Shown here one piece after another: positions 41,051-51,010 of a stretch of DNA of 64,000 bases; position 1 is the first letter of the stretch; the number at the start of each line of letters is the position of its first letter. Origin of the DNA: Octopus vulgaris (Eukaryota). Below the pieces are notes generated by a model. The model searched no databases and was not told where the DNA came from. It saw nothing but the letters and a program-made list of their open reading frames with translations. The position numbers and the translations under genes are program-made. The stretch is taken from positions 137,826,001 to 137,890,000 of the forward strand of contig OX597814.1 in assembly GCA_951406725.2 (NCBI GenBank), written 5' to 3'.

Positions 41051-41471
41051 GACGGATTTCTTTCAGTTTCCGTCTACCAAATCCGCTCACAAGGCTTTGG
41101 TCGGCCCGAGGCTATAGTAGAATACACTTGCCCAAGGTTCCACACAGTGGGACTGAACCCGGAACCATGTAGTTGGTAAGGAAGGTACTTATCACACAGC
41201 CACTCCTGTGCCTAATAATCTATGTTGTAGTCAAACCAGTTGTTACTAATCTATGTTGTAGTCAAAGAAAGCAGAAGCATTTGAGCGTAAAAATAAAAGC
41301 ACTGCTCTTTCAGCTTGAAAAGTATTTAATCAACTGCGGAGCGACATACTTAATGCGGTGAATGAGTGAATAAGAATATTATTCTTAAATTATGAACTTA
41401 CACTTGTAACCAAAAGAAAAGTCATTGGCGTTAGTGACCGTTGTTGTTAAGAACAGCATAGGAGAGAACTC
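38160..41471 (-). repeat. Inverted duplicate of 30507-30930 plus 33905-36440
   Basis: Reverse-complement identity throughout, e.g. ORFs 41173(+) = 30617(-), 39356(+) = 35397(-). Confidence 0.95.
38375..39300 (+). repeat. Head-to-tail array of SINE family C units (~184-bp period)
   Basis: Units begin GTATT(T)CGTCT at about 38422, 38606, 38790, 38974 and 39150. Confidence 0.9.
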
Positions 41472-41510
41472 TGAACTTCACATTCCGAAATATAACAATA
41501 TATATATATT

Positions 41511-41707
41511 GACCGCGTGTGTATCGTTGGTGATTTTTCCCCCCGTCTTCCCTTCCTTGGTTCTTTCCTTGTCCTATGTTTCTGACGAAGAGCTCTGCTC
41601 GAAACGTTGAATCCTTCTTTCTTTCCTTTCCTGAGCGTCCAATAACACTATACTTGTTCCACGTCCTCGCGTTGTTGTGTTTTCTCTTTGTGCTTTCATG
41701 TTTGGAT

Positions 41708-41712
<5 letters not shown>
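41511..41712 (+). mobile_element. Short hammerhead-bearing element inserted in (TA)n
   Basis: Contains GTTT-CTGACGA-A-GAGC(TCT)GCTC-GAAAC-GT-T-GAAT (41578-41612); partial copies at ~43062-43155(+) and ~63445-63555(-). Confidence 0.7.
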
Positions 41713-41763
<51 letters not shown>

Positions 41764-41797
41764 ATGATATGATATACGCCACCTACACACACACATA

Positions 41798-42892
41798 TGC
41801 CGTATATACCAGCGTACAGGACGGAATTTGAACTTTAAAAATCACCCCAAAGCTAGGGGTCGTCTTATATACCCCTTATAACATCTGAACCTTAGCTTCC
41901 TGTGGTTTAGAGTAGCATTAATGTCAATGGGGAACTGTGTAAAGAACTTGCATAGACCCTTTGGTTCTACAGTGCTGTGTTTTCTTCTAATACTTGCACA
42001 TATTGATGGAGAAAACTAAAACACTTACATAGATCTTATGGTTCTGCAACTCAGTATTTTCTACTGATACTTACACTTACGTTTCGGAAGCTGGATTAAT
42101 AGTAAGATTATATTAAAATATCAGCACAGCAAACTTAGCGAACAGATACAGTTGCTATTTGCAACAGCTGCCGAACAGAAAATGTAAACAATCAGCCTGT
42201 TCAGTTGGGTCCCAGGGTCCGTTCTGTTTACACTGCCGCCTTAGAGCGCTCTCTCATACAGCTTTCAGCCAACCGAGGGCTTTCAGGACAAGTGTAGTTT
42301 ACGGTAGCTAACTTAGCTGTTACAGTAGATTAGCAGCATGTACCAGTACCTTCTGTGACCTGACCAGTTCGTGTCTGTCAAACCAATCACAATAAACCTT
42401 ACAGTTACCGGTTACTTTTAAAGATTTACAGACAGGGTTTCTTGAAAAGGCTTAAGTTGTCACTCTTTCATAAGCAACTACTTTCACTGGGCGAACATTA
42501 ATTTCCAGCAACTGTAAGACCCACACATAGCTCCAAGTGATAAACGAAGTGAATATGAATCTGGTTTCAAACTGAACGTGGTAGCTTACGTCAAGTCCCA
42601 TAACAACTGTGCTTCTGTGATAAATTTTAAACAGTTAAGACTTCAGAATTGTTGCATACAACGTTTACTGATTGAAACATAGTAAAACTGCTATTGAAAC
42701 ACACAAAAAAAGCAGAGACTTCAGAGGCCGCTGGGGAAGCTACAGCTTACCCGGCCTCTTTATGAACAATGCGCCTAACCCTAACCCTAACCTTATTTTT
42801 CACGAAAACGTGGGGTAGTTTTATATAGCAAGTAGAGCTCAAAACACACATTTTAAATAGAAATCCTGGGGGTCGTCTTGTACACCCAGTCG

Positions 42893-42898
<6 letters not shown>
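41798..42898 (+). mobile_element. Decayed pogo/Tc2-like DNA transposon
   Basis: GGGGTCGTCTT(A/G)TA subterminal motifs near both ends; remnant KRSEYESGFKLNVVAYVKSHNNCAS (~42542) resembles the Brinker-type DNA-binding domain of pogo-like transposases; internal (CCCTAA)n at ~42774. Confidence 0.55.
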
Positions 42899-42942
<44 letters not shown>

Positions 42943-43149
42943 AAGGGTAAAATTAATTAATCAATTAATATTTAATAATTTTACCAAGTAGTTCGGTATG
43001 TTAAAAGAACCGTTATCGGTAACCTTATACAAAAATTCTATAATTATAAGCATAATCATAATTCTTTCTTTTCTTTCCTGAGCGTCCGATAACACTATAC
43101 TTGTTCTACGTCCTCGCGTTGTTGTGTTTTCTCTTTGTTCATGTTTGGA

Positions 43150-43216
<67 letters not shown>

Positions 43217-43219
<3 letters not shown>

Positions 43220-44162
43220 GAGGGTAATTCCAAAAGTAAGGTCTCCAAAGCTTTGGGAACGCAGGGAAACTTTGCGTGCGGCTATTGGTAACACTGTTGT
43301 GTTTGTTTGTTGTGTATGCGCCTGCGCCTGCCCCTGCGCCTGCGCCTGCCCCTGCGCCTGCCCCTGCGCGTGTCTCGCTGCTACGCTCAGTCTTGGCTTG
43401 GCAATCGTATCTGATAGACCTCCCGACTGACGCTACCACCAAGTGTGAAGTTCGCGCAGTTATTCGGTTTTTGAGCTCAAAAGGCATTAAACCGATTGAA
43501 ATTCATCGACAATTAACGGAAGTGTATGACGAGATGTGCATGGATGTCAAAAACGTCCGCAAGTGGTGTAGCGAGTTTGCAGCTGGTCATACTGAAATTT
43601 ATAAGGAAGAAAGAAGCGGGCGACCATCAATTTCTGACGAGACAATCACGAAGGTTGAGCAAATCCTGCGTGAAAATCGGCGGATCACTCTGGATGACCT
43701 CTGCATTTTGGTTCCTGAGGTTTCCCGGAGCACCATTCATAGGGCTTTGAGTGAAAAGTTGCAATATCGGAAGACGTGCGCAATATGGGTCCCACGAATG
43801 CTCACAAAAGACCATAAACGGTAACCCACCTTATAGTCCGGACTTGGCACCCAGTGACTATTACCTGTTCCCTAAGTTGAAGGAACATTTGGTCGGAACG
43901 CGCTTCAGCAACAACGACGAGGAGATAGATGAGGTTCACCGCTCCTCCACGACATGGTGGTGAGCTGGTATGACATGGGCATACAACAACTAATCCAGCG
44001 CCTACAAAAAATGCATCGACCGAAATGACGATTACGTAGAAAAATAGATAAATGTTCAATAGATAAATGTTCAAACTTTAAAATGATCTAGACATCATTG
44101 ACAATAAACGTTTCTGCGGTTTCTAAATAGTTTTGGAGACATTACTTTTGCGTTTAACCGTG
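43217..44162 (+). mobile_element. Internally deleted mariner element
   Basis: TIR CACGAGGGTAATTCCAAAAGTAAGGTCTCC / GGAGACATTACTTTTGCGTTTAACCGTG; HTH (EVRAVIRFL...RSGRPS), WVPRML joined almost directly to PPYSPDLAPSDYYLF. Confidence 0.92.
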
Positions 44163-44228
44163 GTGAATGCCACATCGATATCCTTCCCTATTCAACTAAT
44201 CACAGTTCAATATTGATAGAATTTAGAC

Positions 44229-44620
44229 CAGAGGTTCTCAATGTGGGTGGTACTGTCCCTCAAGGGGGTGCTGGGCATGTCGAAGTGTGTGTTAGGCTTT
44301 AGGGATCGGTGAGGGGGCGGTGAAGTAACATAATTAATATACTAAATTCATAATTATATTATACATGATAAAACTAGTAATGGTTATTAAAATAAAACGA
44401 GATCTGATCAGGTACAAGGAAGTCATTAACTTGCAATGTTTAAAATATATTTACAATTTTCACCTTACCTAGCTTTATATAATTTCACTGTTAATGGGTT
44501 ATAAAATACATTTTTAGAGTAAAATATATATATTATCATCTTTGTTAAGTTAGCTTAGTCGTGACACTTCACTCGTCACATAGGTTGGCGCTAAGCATAA
44601 CAACTATTTAAGGGGTCAAC
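44229..44620 (+). mobile_element. hAT (Charlie-like) MITE remnant
   Basis: Begins CAGAGGTTCTCAATGTGGG, a typical hAT terminus; right end unclear. Confidence 0.4.
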
Positions 44621-44634
44621 CATCAAATGACTAA

Positions 44635-44639
<5 letters not shown>

Positions 44640-44665
<26 letters not shown>

Positions 44666-45610
44666 TGTATGTATGTATGTATGTGCAGATTTGTACGTTT
44701 TATGTATGTATTCTCATGCATATAGTTGCATATCTAGACATGCTCATATGTATTTAAATGATAAACTTCTGGAAAGTTTTACAGATTTTTACAGTTCCAG
44801 TGATGGATTGGATCTGTAGTCTTCGATTTAGCTTTCTCCTTTCTGGTTTTGAGAAACCTAATTTCTCACGATTGGTATTTAGGCAGTGTGTTACATATCC
44901 CAGGGCCCCAATAATTACAGGTATAAGCATGAAATTGTAATCAGGATAGAGTAACTGCAGATATCTCAATCGTTCAGCATAGGTGCTCTCTTTTTTCACT
45001 GATTTTCAGCTTATTGTAACATCCGCTGGGCAGCTAATTTCCACAACTGTGCACAGTTTCTCTTCTCAATCCCAAATCATTATATCAGGTCTGTTGTGCT
45101 TACATTTTATTGAGCTCTTCACAGGTACATTCCACCAATATTCCTTTTTATTATGAGTGGCTATAGCTTCTACCATATTGTAGGTTCTTATTTCTTTGTC
45201 TTCGGGATTATCCTTCGCAGTAAAATGATTTAATTCTGGATACAGATCGTTCCAATATGATTTCAATCATTTCATATAGCCAACAGTGGGGTTTTGTTTT
45301 GCTTCTTCGTAGCAGTTAAATAGTTCCTTATTCAATTCATAACACCAAGAGAAATGAGGTTGTAGTTATGGTTTCTTCTATAACTACACCTAGAAAGAAA
45401 TTGTTTACCCATTGAGTTGTTGTTTTCGTTCTGTTTCACGATTGTGTTGTTGATGTGTCCAGCCATGTTGTTTGTAGTAACTCTCTGCATGCTAAATTCA
45501 AGTTTCAGTCGAAAATCACTACAATCGTGAATAAAAGGCTCCCTCAGTTAATTCATCTGAAGATTAACCAGTTATTTGACAAGGCTCCAATGTTGAAGCT
45601 CCCAAGTTGG
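44640..45610 (-). mobile_element. Internally deleted R4/Dong-type non-LTR element (restriction-like endonuclease)
   Basis: Minus strand YWWNVPV...HNRPDIMIWD...VVEISCP...KESTY...IPVIIGALG RLE motifs; N-terminal fragment (ELNKELFNCY...YWNDLYP) fused at ~45212; 3' end runs into (TACA)n. Confidence 0.85.
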
Positions 45611-45743
45611 AGATAGTATTCATCGTACTTTCAATAAATAGTCTCCCACGCTAAATACACGACTTGTCTCTTCGAATGTTTCGTGTATGTATGTATGTAT
45701 GTATGTATGTGTGTGTGCGCATGTATGCATATACATATGTATG

Positions 45744-45803
<60 letters not shown>

Positions 45804-45814
45804 CATATATGTAG

Positions 45815-45938
45815 TAGTGGCTCCATGCAGGCGTAGCATGGATTCGATCCTCGATAGCCAAATTTCAATTAACAGTTCAACAGCACTTTTCTCACGGTAA
45901 AACAATAGTTTTTCTGTGAGTGACAGCAGTTACATTTG
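45815..45938 (+). repeat. Short dispersed repeat (second copy at ~24086-24199)
   Basis: GTAGTGG..CATGCAGGC.TAGC.TGGATTCGATCCTCGATAGC...TTTTCTGTGAGTGACAGCAGTTACATTTG, each copy next to a microsatellite. Confidence 0.75.
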
Positions 45939-46602
45939 CCAGATACTTTCGCTAAGCAGAATAATGTCTTTGCCACTTGACCTTTCTAATCTCTTCTAGG
46001 CCACCAAAAGCTCGAATACAGATAACAGACCCCTAACGAAATCTGTTGTTCTCAACAATATGTCTATTCTTCTAGCTGGTTTTGGATATTTATAAAAACT
46101 AGAAATTGGTAAGGCAAAATCAAGAGCGACCATCAGTTAGTGAACGGAGACCAACTAGAGTGATGGCCACAAGCAGGCGGCCACTAAAGACAAACAGCCA
46201 GTGGGAGAGAAAAGGTTACAACCAGCCAACTATGAGACACAATTTCCCTCGACTCTATAACTTTTACTAGCTCAATTCTTTTTTCTGTTATAACATCATT
46301 CTATCCCTATTTGTGAATTACTACTATGAGAACGTATACACACATACCGCCGAAATTAACTCTTTTTATCTCGCATGCTTTTCCATTTACTAATTATACA
46401 TACCAACCCGTCGTGGTTTTGGATATATACAAAGTAACTGTGAATACATATTCCTTTACAACTTCGATCACTGTTCTTCGTTCATCTTGCACACCTGCAA
46501 CAGCAACACTAGTTACAATCGCTAACTGCCAACTCCAATATATATCATAATACAAACCGTCACACTGGCAACCAACATCTTAACCAACCAACTTCATTAC
46601 CG

Positions 46603-46639
<37 letters not shown>

Positions 46640-46703
46640 ATCGTTTGTAGAAATACATAAATCTGGTGGAGAAGCACACTCTAAGATGTAGAGCAGTTAA
46701 TAT

Positions 46704-47305
46704 TGTAGTGGGGTAGACCGGTTTGTGGGGTTACTCTGGGTTTCTCGTTCATAAGGGGTTTAGTCTTTCGGCGTATCTTCAGACCTTAAACTCTGCTGCT
46801 GGCCTGAGACCACTTTAAAATATAGAATAAAACTATAGGTGATTATCTCCCTTTGCCATTGTCCATCTTGCAGTCACTAAAGAACCACGAAGGTAAACGA
46901 TTGTCTCCCTTCGGTTTTGGCTATTGGTTTCCGGCTGTGGTGCCGTCATGAGGATTCCAAAAATCCAACAGGTATTTTCTTAAATGCAGGCATGGTCCGA
47001 AAATCTCCTGCCTGCTGGCCTTTTAGAATCCGCATGGCGTGACCACAGTTGGAAGCCAATAGCCAAGGCCGAAGCGAAACAATCGTTTACCTTTGTGGTG
47101 CTTTGGTGACCGCAAGATGGTAGCGCTGCCGAAGATCGATGGACAATGTCAAAGGGAGATAACCAACTAGGATTTTACCCTTAAAAACGAGGTTTTTCTC
47201 CCTTCATATTTTATAGCGGTCTCAGGCTAGCAGTGTTTGGGGTTTGAAGACATGCCATAAAGCAGGAAATCCAGGGTAACTCCATAAACCGGTTTACCCC
47301 CTATA
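46704..47305. mobile_element. ~600-bp foldback MITE, TGT..A(C/T)A termini, 4-bp ATAT flanks (Ginger-like)
   Basis: Arms are reverse complementary over ~250 bp (GGGGTAGACCGGTTT / AAACCGGTTTACCCC; AAGGTAAACGATTGT / ACAATCGTTTACCTT). Confidence 0.75.
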
Positions 47306-47317
47306 ATATATATATAG

Positions 47318-49299
47318 GCGTAGGAGTGGCTGTGTGGTAAGTAGCTTGCTTACTGTACATGCGTTTGTTAGTTGCTTCCACACTGAATACTGTCAAGACG
47401 TGCTTTTGTAGCCGTCCTGAATTGAAGAAATATTGAAGGCGCAACTGTAAGTTAGGCATCTGTTTTTTTGGGGGGATTCAGTTGGGTTTTGTTGTTTAAT
47501 ATTGTTTTTCTTTTTTCGAATAAGAAATCCTCACTGGGCCCCGGACATATGTCTGCCTGCAGTCGCGCTAAGTGACTCACTTAGCTGCGAGAATTGTTTG
47601 GTGGACGTGTCTCGCTATCAAAATTTGTAAAAATTTTGAAAATTCGACCGATTTGTGGAGGATTTTTTGTGTGTTCCTGCTGCTGCTGTGACCTGGAGTA
47701 TCTGTGTGGAGTACCATATTTTGGAATACCTGTGGGCCAGTATTACCAAGTGGCCGGAATTGTGTTGCCGTAACTTGAACTGTCTTCTTTCGTTGTTTTT
47801 CTTTGCTCTGTCTTTCTGATCTTTTTGTTTATTTTTGACTCTATTTAGACTCTTTGTTTGAACTATTTTTTGAACTCTCTTTTCTGCAAGCATGAGAAAA
47901 AAAGGCAAATACTGCGTTGGAGTGGGAGATTGTACCCCCCAAGAAGTGGGTAAAAGACTTCAACGAGAGAACGGTGGTGTTGAGGACATATTCCAAGTCT
48001 CTCGACACCATAACTGTGTTCCCTTAACTTTGAGATTGAAAAGGAGTTGGCAAGGTAAGGTCCTGGAACAGTTAATAAAAGTAGCGGCCCCCGCTCTCCC
48101 ATTGGAGGGAGAGATGGAGGCAGTCGAGGAAGTGGAGACCTCCTCGAAAAAAAGAAAGAAACGAAAGAAGGTGAGCAACAATGCTACGGGAGGGTGTGGT
48201 ACCTCCGGATAAAGCGGGGGTACCTCACTCTCTCGTAGCAAAGGGGAGAAAAAGAAAAAAAGAAAAAGAATGGGACATTGCCGGCGGTTGATGGTACACT
48301 GCCAGCATGCCCTGAAACTTTGTCGGTGGGAAATGTGCTACCGACAGAGGAAACGGTGGCCCCTCCCAGAGCGACGAGAGATGATTTTGCTATCTTCCTA
48401 CATAAGGGAGGGGCAATACAGAACTTCTTAAGGAAGCTAGAGGGCCGGAGGGAAGAGCCCATTCCCTGGACTGAAGACCCGGATTGGCCTCCACAGGTGA
48501 CTACGGAGGTCATATCGGAAGTCGATATGTTCAGGGTGTTGGACTCCTTCCCGAAGGACCAGTTTAGGTTCGCCATCTGGGGCCCCGACCTGGAGCTGGA
48601 GCATTGCCTGCGGGAGGCATACAGTATGGTCGGGGAGGAAGGATAAAGAAGCTTTAATGCCTAAAATGTTTATTGTATGTTATTGTTTGTAAGAGGCTCA
48701 GTGCCTCAATTTATAATGGACTTTTAAGTCCAGTAATTGTAAGAACTGAGGTAAGAGGTTTAATACCTCGTTTTGTTCTTTGAAGAACAATGTTTTAAAT
48801 AAGCAGAAGATCGGCGGACGTCTTTTTTTCCTCTCATTAATATCATAATTTCGTTTATCATTTCATCTCATTAATGTAATGTCCAGCCCGCAGCTACATC
48901 TATGTAATGCCCTTGTGACAAATTATATGAATGAAAGTAGCTTGCTTACCAACTACATGGTTCTGGCTTCAGTCCCACTGCGTGACACCTTGGGCAAGTG
49001 TCTTCTGCTATAGCCTCGGGCCGACCAAAGCCTTGTGAATGGATTTGGTAGACGGAAACTGAAAGAAGCCCGTCGTATATATGTATACATATATATATGC
49101 CTGTGCTTGTTCCCCAACATCGCTTGACAAACGATGCTGGTGTGTTTACGTCCCCGTAACTTAGCGGTTCGGCAAAAGACACCGATAGAATAAGTACTAG
49201 GCTTACAAAGAATAAGTCCTGGGGTCGATTTGCTCGACTAAAGGCAGTGCTCCAGCATGGCCACAGTCAGATGAGTGAAACAAGTAAAAGAGTAAAGGA

Positions 49300-49300
<1 letters not shown>
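47318..49300 (+). mobile_element. SINE family B interrupted by a 1.58-kb retroposon
   Basis: SINE head at 47318-47353, continuation from 48950. Confidence 0.85.
47354..48934 (+). mobile_element. Non-autonomous retroposon with a decayed ORF and no RT (possibly HAL1/ORF1-only type)
   Basis: 15-bp TSD AAGTAGCTTGCTTAC (47339-47353 and 48935-48949); ATGAATGA tail; purine-rich frameshifted ORF at 47892-48646. Confidence 0.75.
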
Positions 49301-49338
<38 letters not shown>

Positions 49339-49635
49339 TTAATCTTTTCTGCCCATTTTTTCAATGAGCTTGTTAAACCTCTTTATATTCTCATCATACT
49401 GTTGTACTTTTTTATGTCCTTAACATGTCCCTGTTACCAAAGACTGTATATATACATGTAATGTAGCAATTTGCAACAACCAATAATTAACGCAACCAAA
49501 CTTCCATATGTTACTTTTGACAATCTTTTTCCAAAGATTGAAACCGGTTAAGTAAATAAACATCTTTTAAATTGCATTTTCAAACCTTCTTTCGTATATA
49601 ATTCCACTCGTGCGATACCCCACAACTCAACTTTG

Positions 49636-49718
<83 letters not shown>

Positions 49719-49882
49719 TCTTTATTACTCACAAGGGGCTAAACATAGAGGGGACAAACAAGGACAGACAAACGGATTAAGTCGATTACATCGACCCCAG
49801 TGCGTAACTGGCACTTAATTTATCGAATCCGAAAGGATGAAAGGCAAAGTCAACCTCGGCGAAATTATATATATATATATCA

Positions 49883-50465
49883 ATTAGAGAAGAACCAACC
49901 TTTTATCTATTCAACAATGAAATAACAATGATATAATTGAATTATACCATACAGAAAAAAAAGGTAACCTTAACCTGCATCTATTCAAATTAAACAGCAT
50001 AGATATTTTCCCATGCGGCTAGCGCTGTTACCGGACTTACAGAGAACTTAGAAATATATTAAGGTTACCTTTTTTTCTATATAGTATAATCTAATTGTGG
50101 TTAGAGCGTCGATCTTACGATCGTGAGGTTGTGAGTTCGAATCCTGGACCGGGTTGCGTGTTGTGTTCTTGAACAAGACACTTTATTTCACGTTGCTCCA
50201 GTTAACTCAGTTGTAGAAATGAGTTGTGACGTCACAGGTGCCAAGCTGTATCTGCTTTTGCCTTTCCCTTGGATAACATTGGTGGCGTGGAGAGGGGAAG
50301 CCGGTATGCATGGGCGACTGCTGGTCTTCCATAAACAGCCTTGCCCGGACTTGTGCCTGGGAGGGTAATCCCACAGTCAGTCATGACCGAAGGGGGTCTC
50401 AATAATTTAATTATATCATTGTTATTTCATTGTTGAATAGATAAAAGGTTGGTTCTTCTCTAATT
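49883..50465. mobile_element. Hairpin element with ~90-bp inverted arms, right arm split by a family D-type SINE (50097-50400)
   Basis: ATTAGAGAAGAACCAACC...AAGGTAACCTTAA versus TTAAGGTTACCTT...[SINE]...GGTTGGTTCTTCTCTAAT; core repeated at ~51530-51635. Confidence 0.75.
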
Positions 50466-50561
50466 TATATACATATATATTATATTTTGTGAAATTTGAT
50501 TTAGTATTACTAAATTCGATTTTTCCCTGTAAGTTTGGAATAATATTCCCTAATATTATTA

Positions 50562-51010
50562 TCTATTATATAAAATCCGTTCTGTCTGTATGTGTGTGTG
50601 TCTTCTAGGATCTCGGACATCCCCTCCATCCGATTGCGCTCAAATTTGATATGTAGATACCGACGGTATCAGGGCGTTTATAAGTCTTGAAAAAATTACA
50701 AAAATCGATTCCAGATGAGAATGCAATCGATAAAGCCGTGGGAACGTGCATTTGTACGCGCAAGTACATCAGCTGTTGCGATCGATACTACGCGTACGCG
50801 AGAAAAATGCACGTGCAGTTTGCACAAAAAAAGCCGGCTGACTTGAAATAATGCCACAAAATGCAGTATATTTAAGAGACCAAAAACGTAAGATGCAAAA
50901 AAGATATTTTCGTCAAACTTGGCAAGAAGGAAAGAAAGACTATTTGGTTTTTTTTTGCCTTGATTTCGTTTAACAAGACCAAAAATTTTATTGAAATAAA
51001 GGCATGCTTA
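50562..51010 (+). mobile_element. Helitron-like element, 5' part
   Basis: TCTATTATATAAAA start followed by a (CTGT)/(GT)n microsatellite and CCGATTGCGCTCAAATTTG; 3' end not defined. Confidence 0.4.

Noticed and set aside
43276-43824. ORF resembling signal peptide + (PA)n linker + HTH fusion
   Set aside because: It starts at GTG in the mariner 5' region; the PA run is a (CCTGCG/C)n microsatellite read in frame with a deleted transposase
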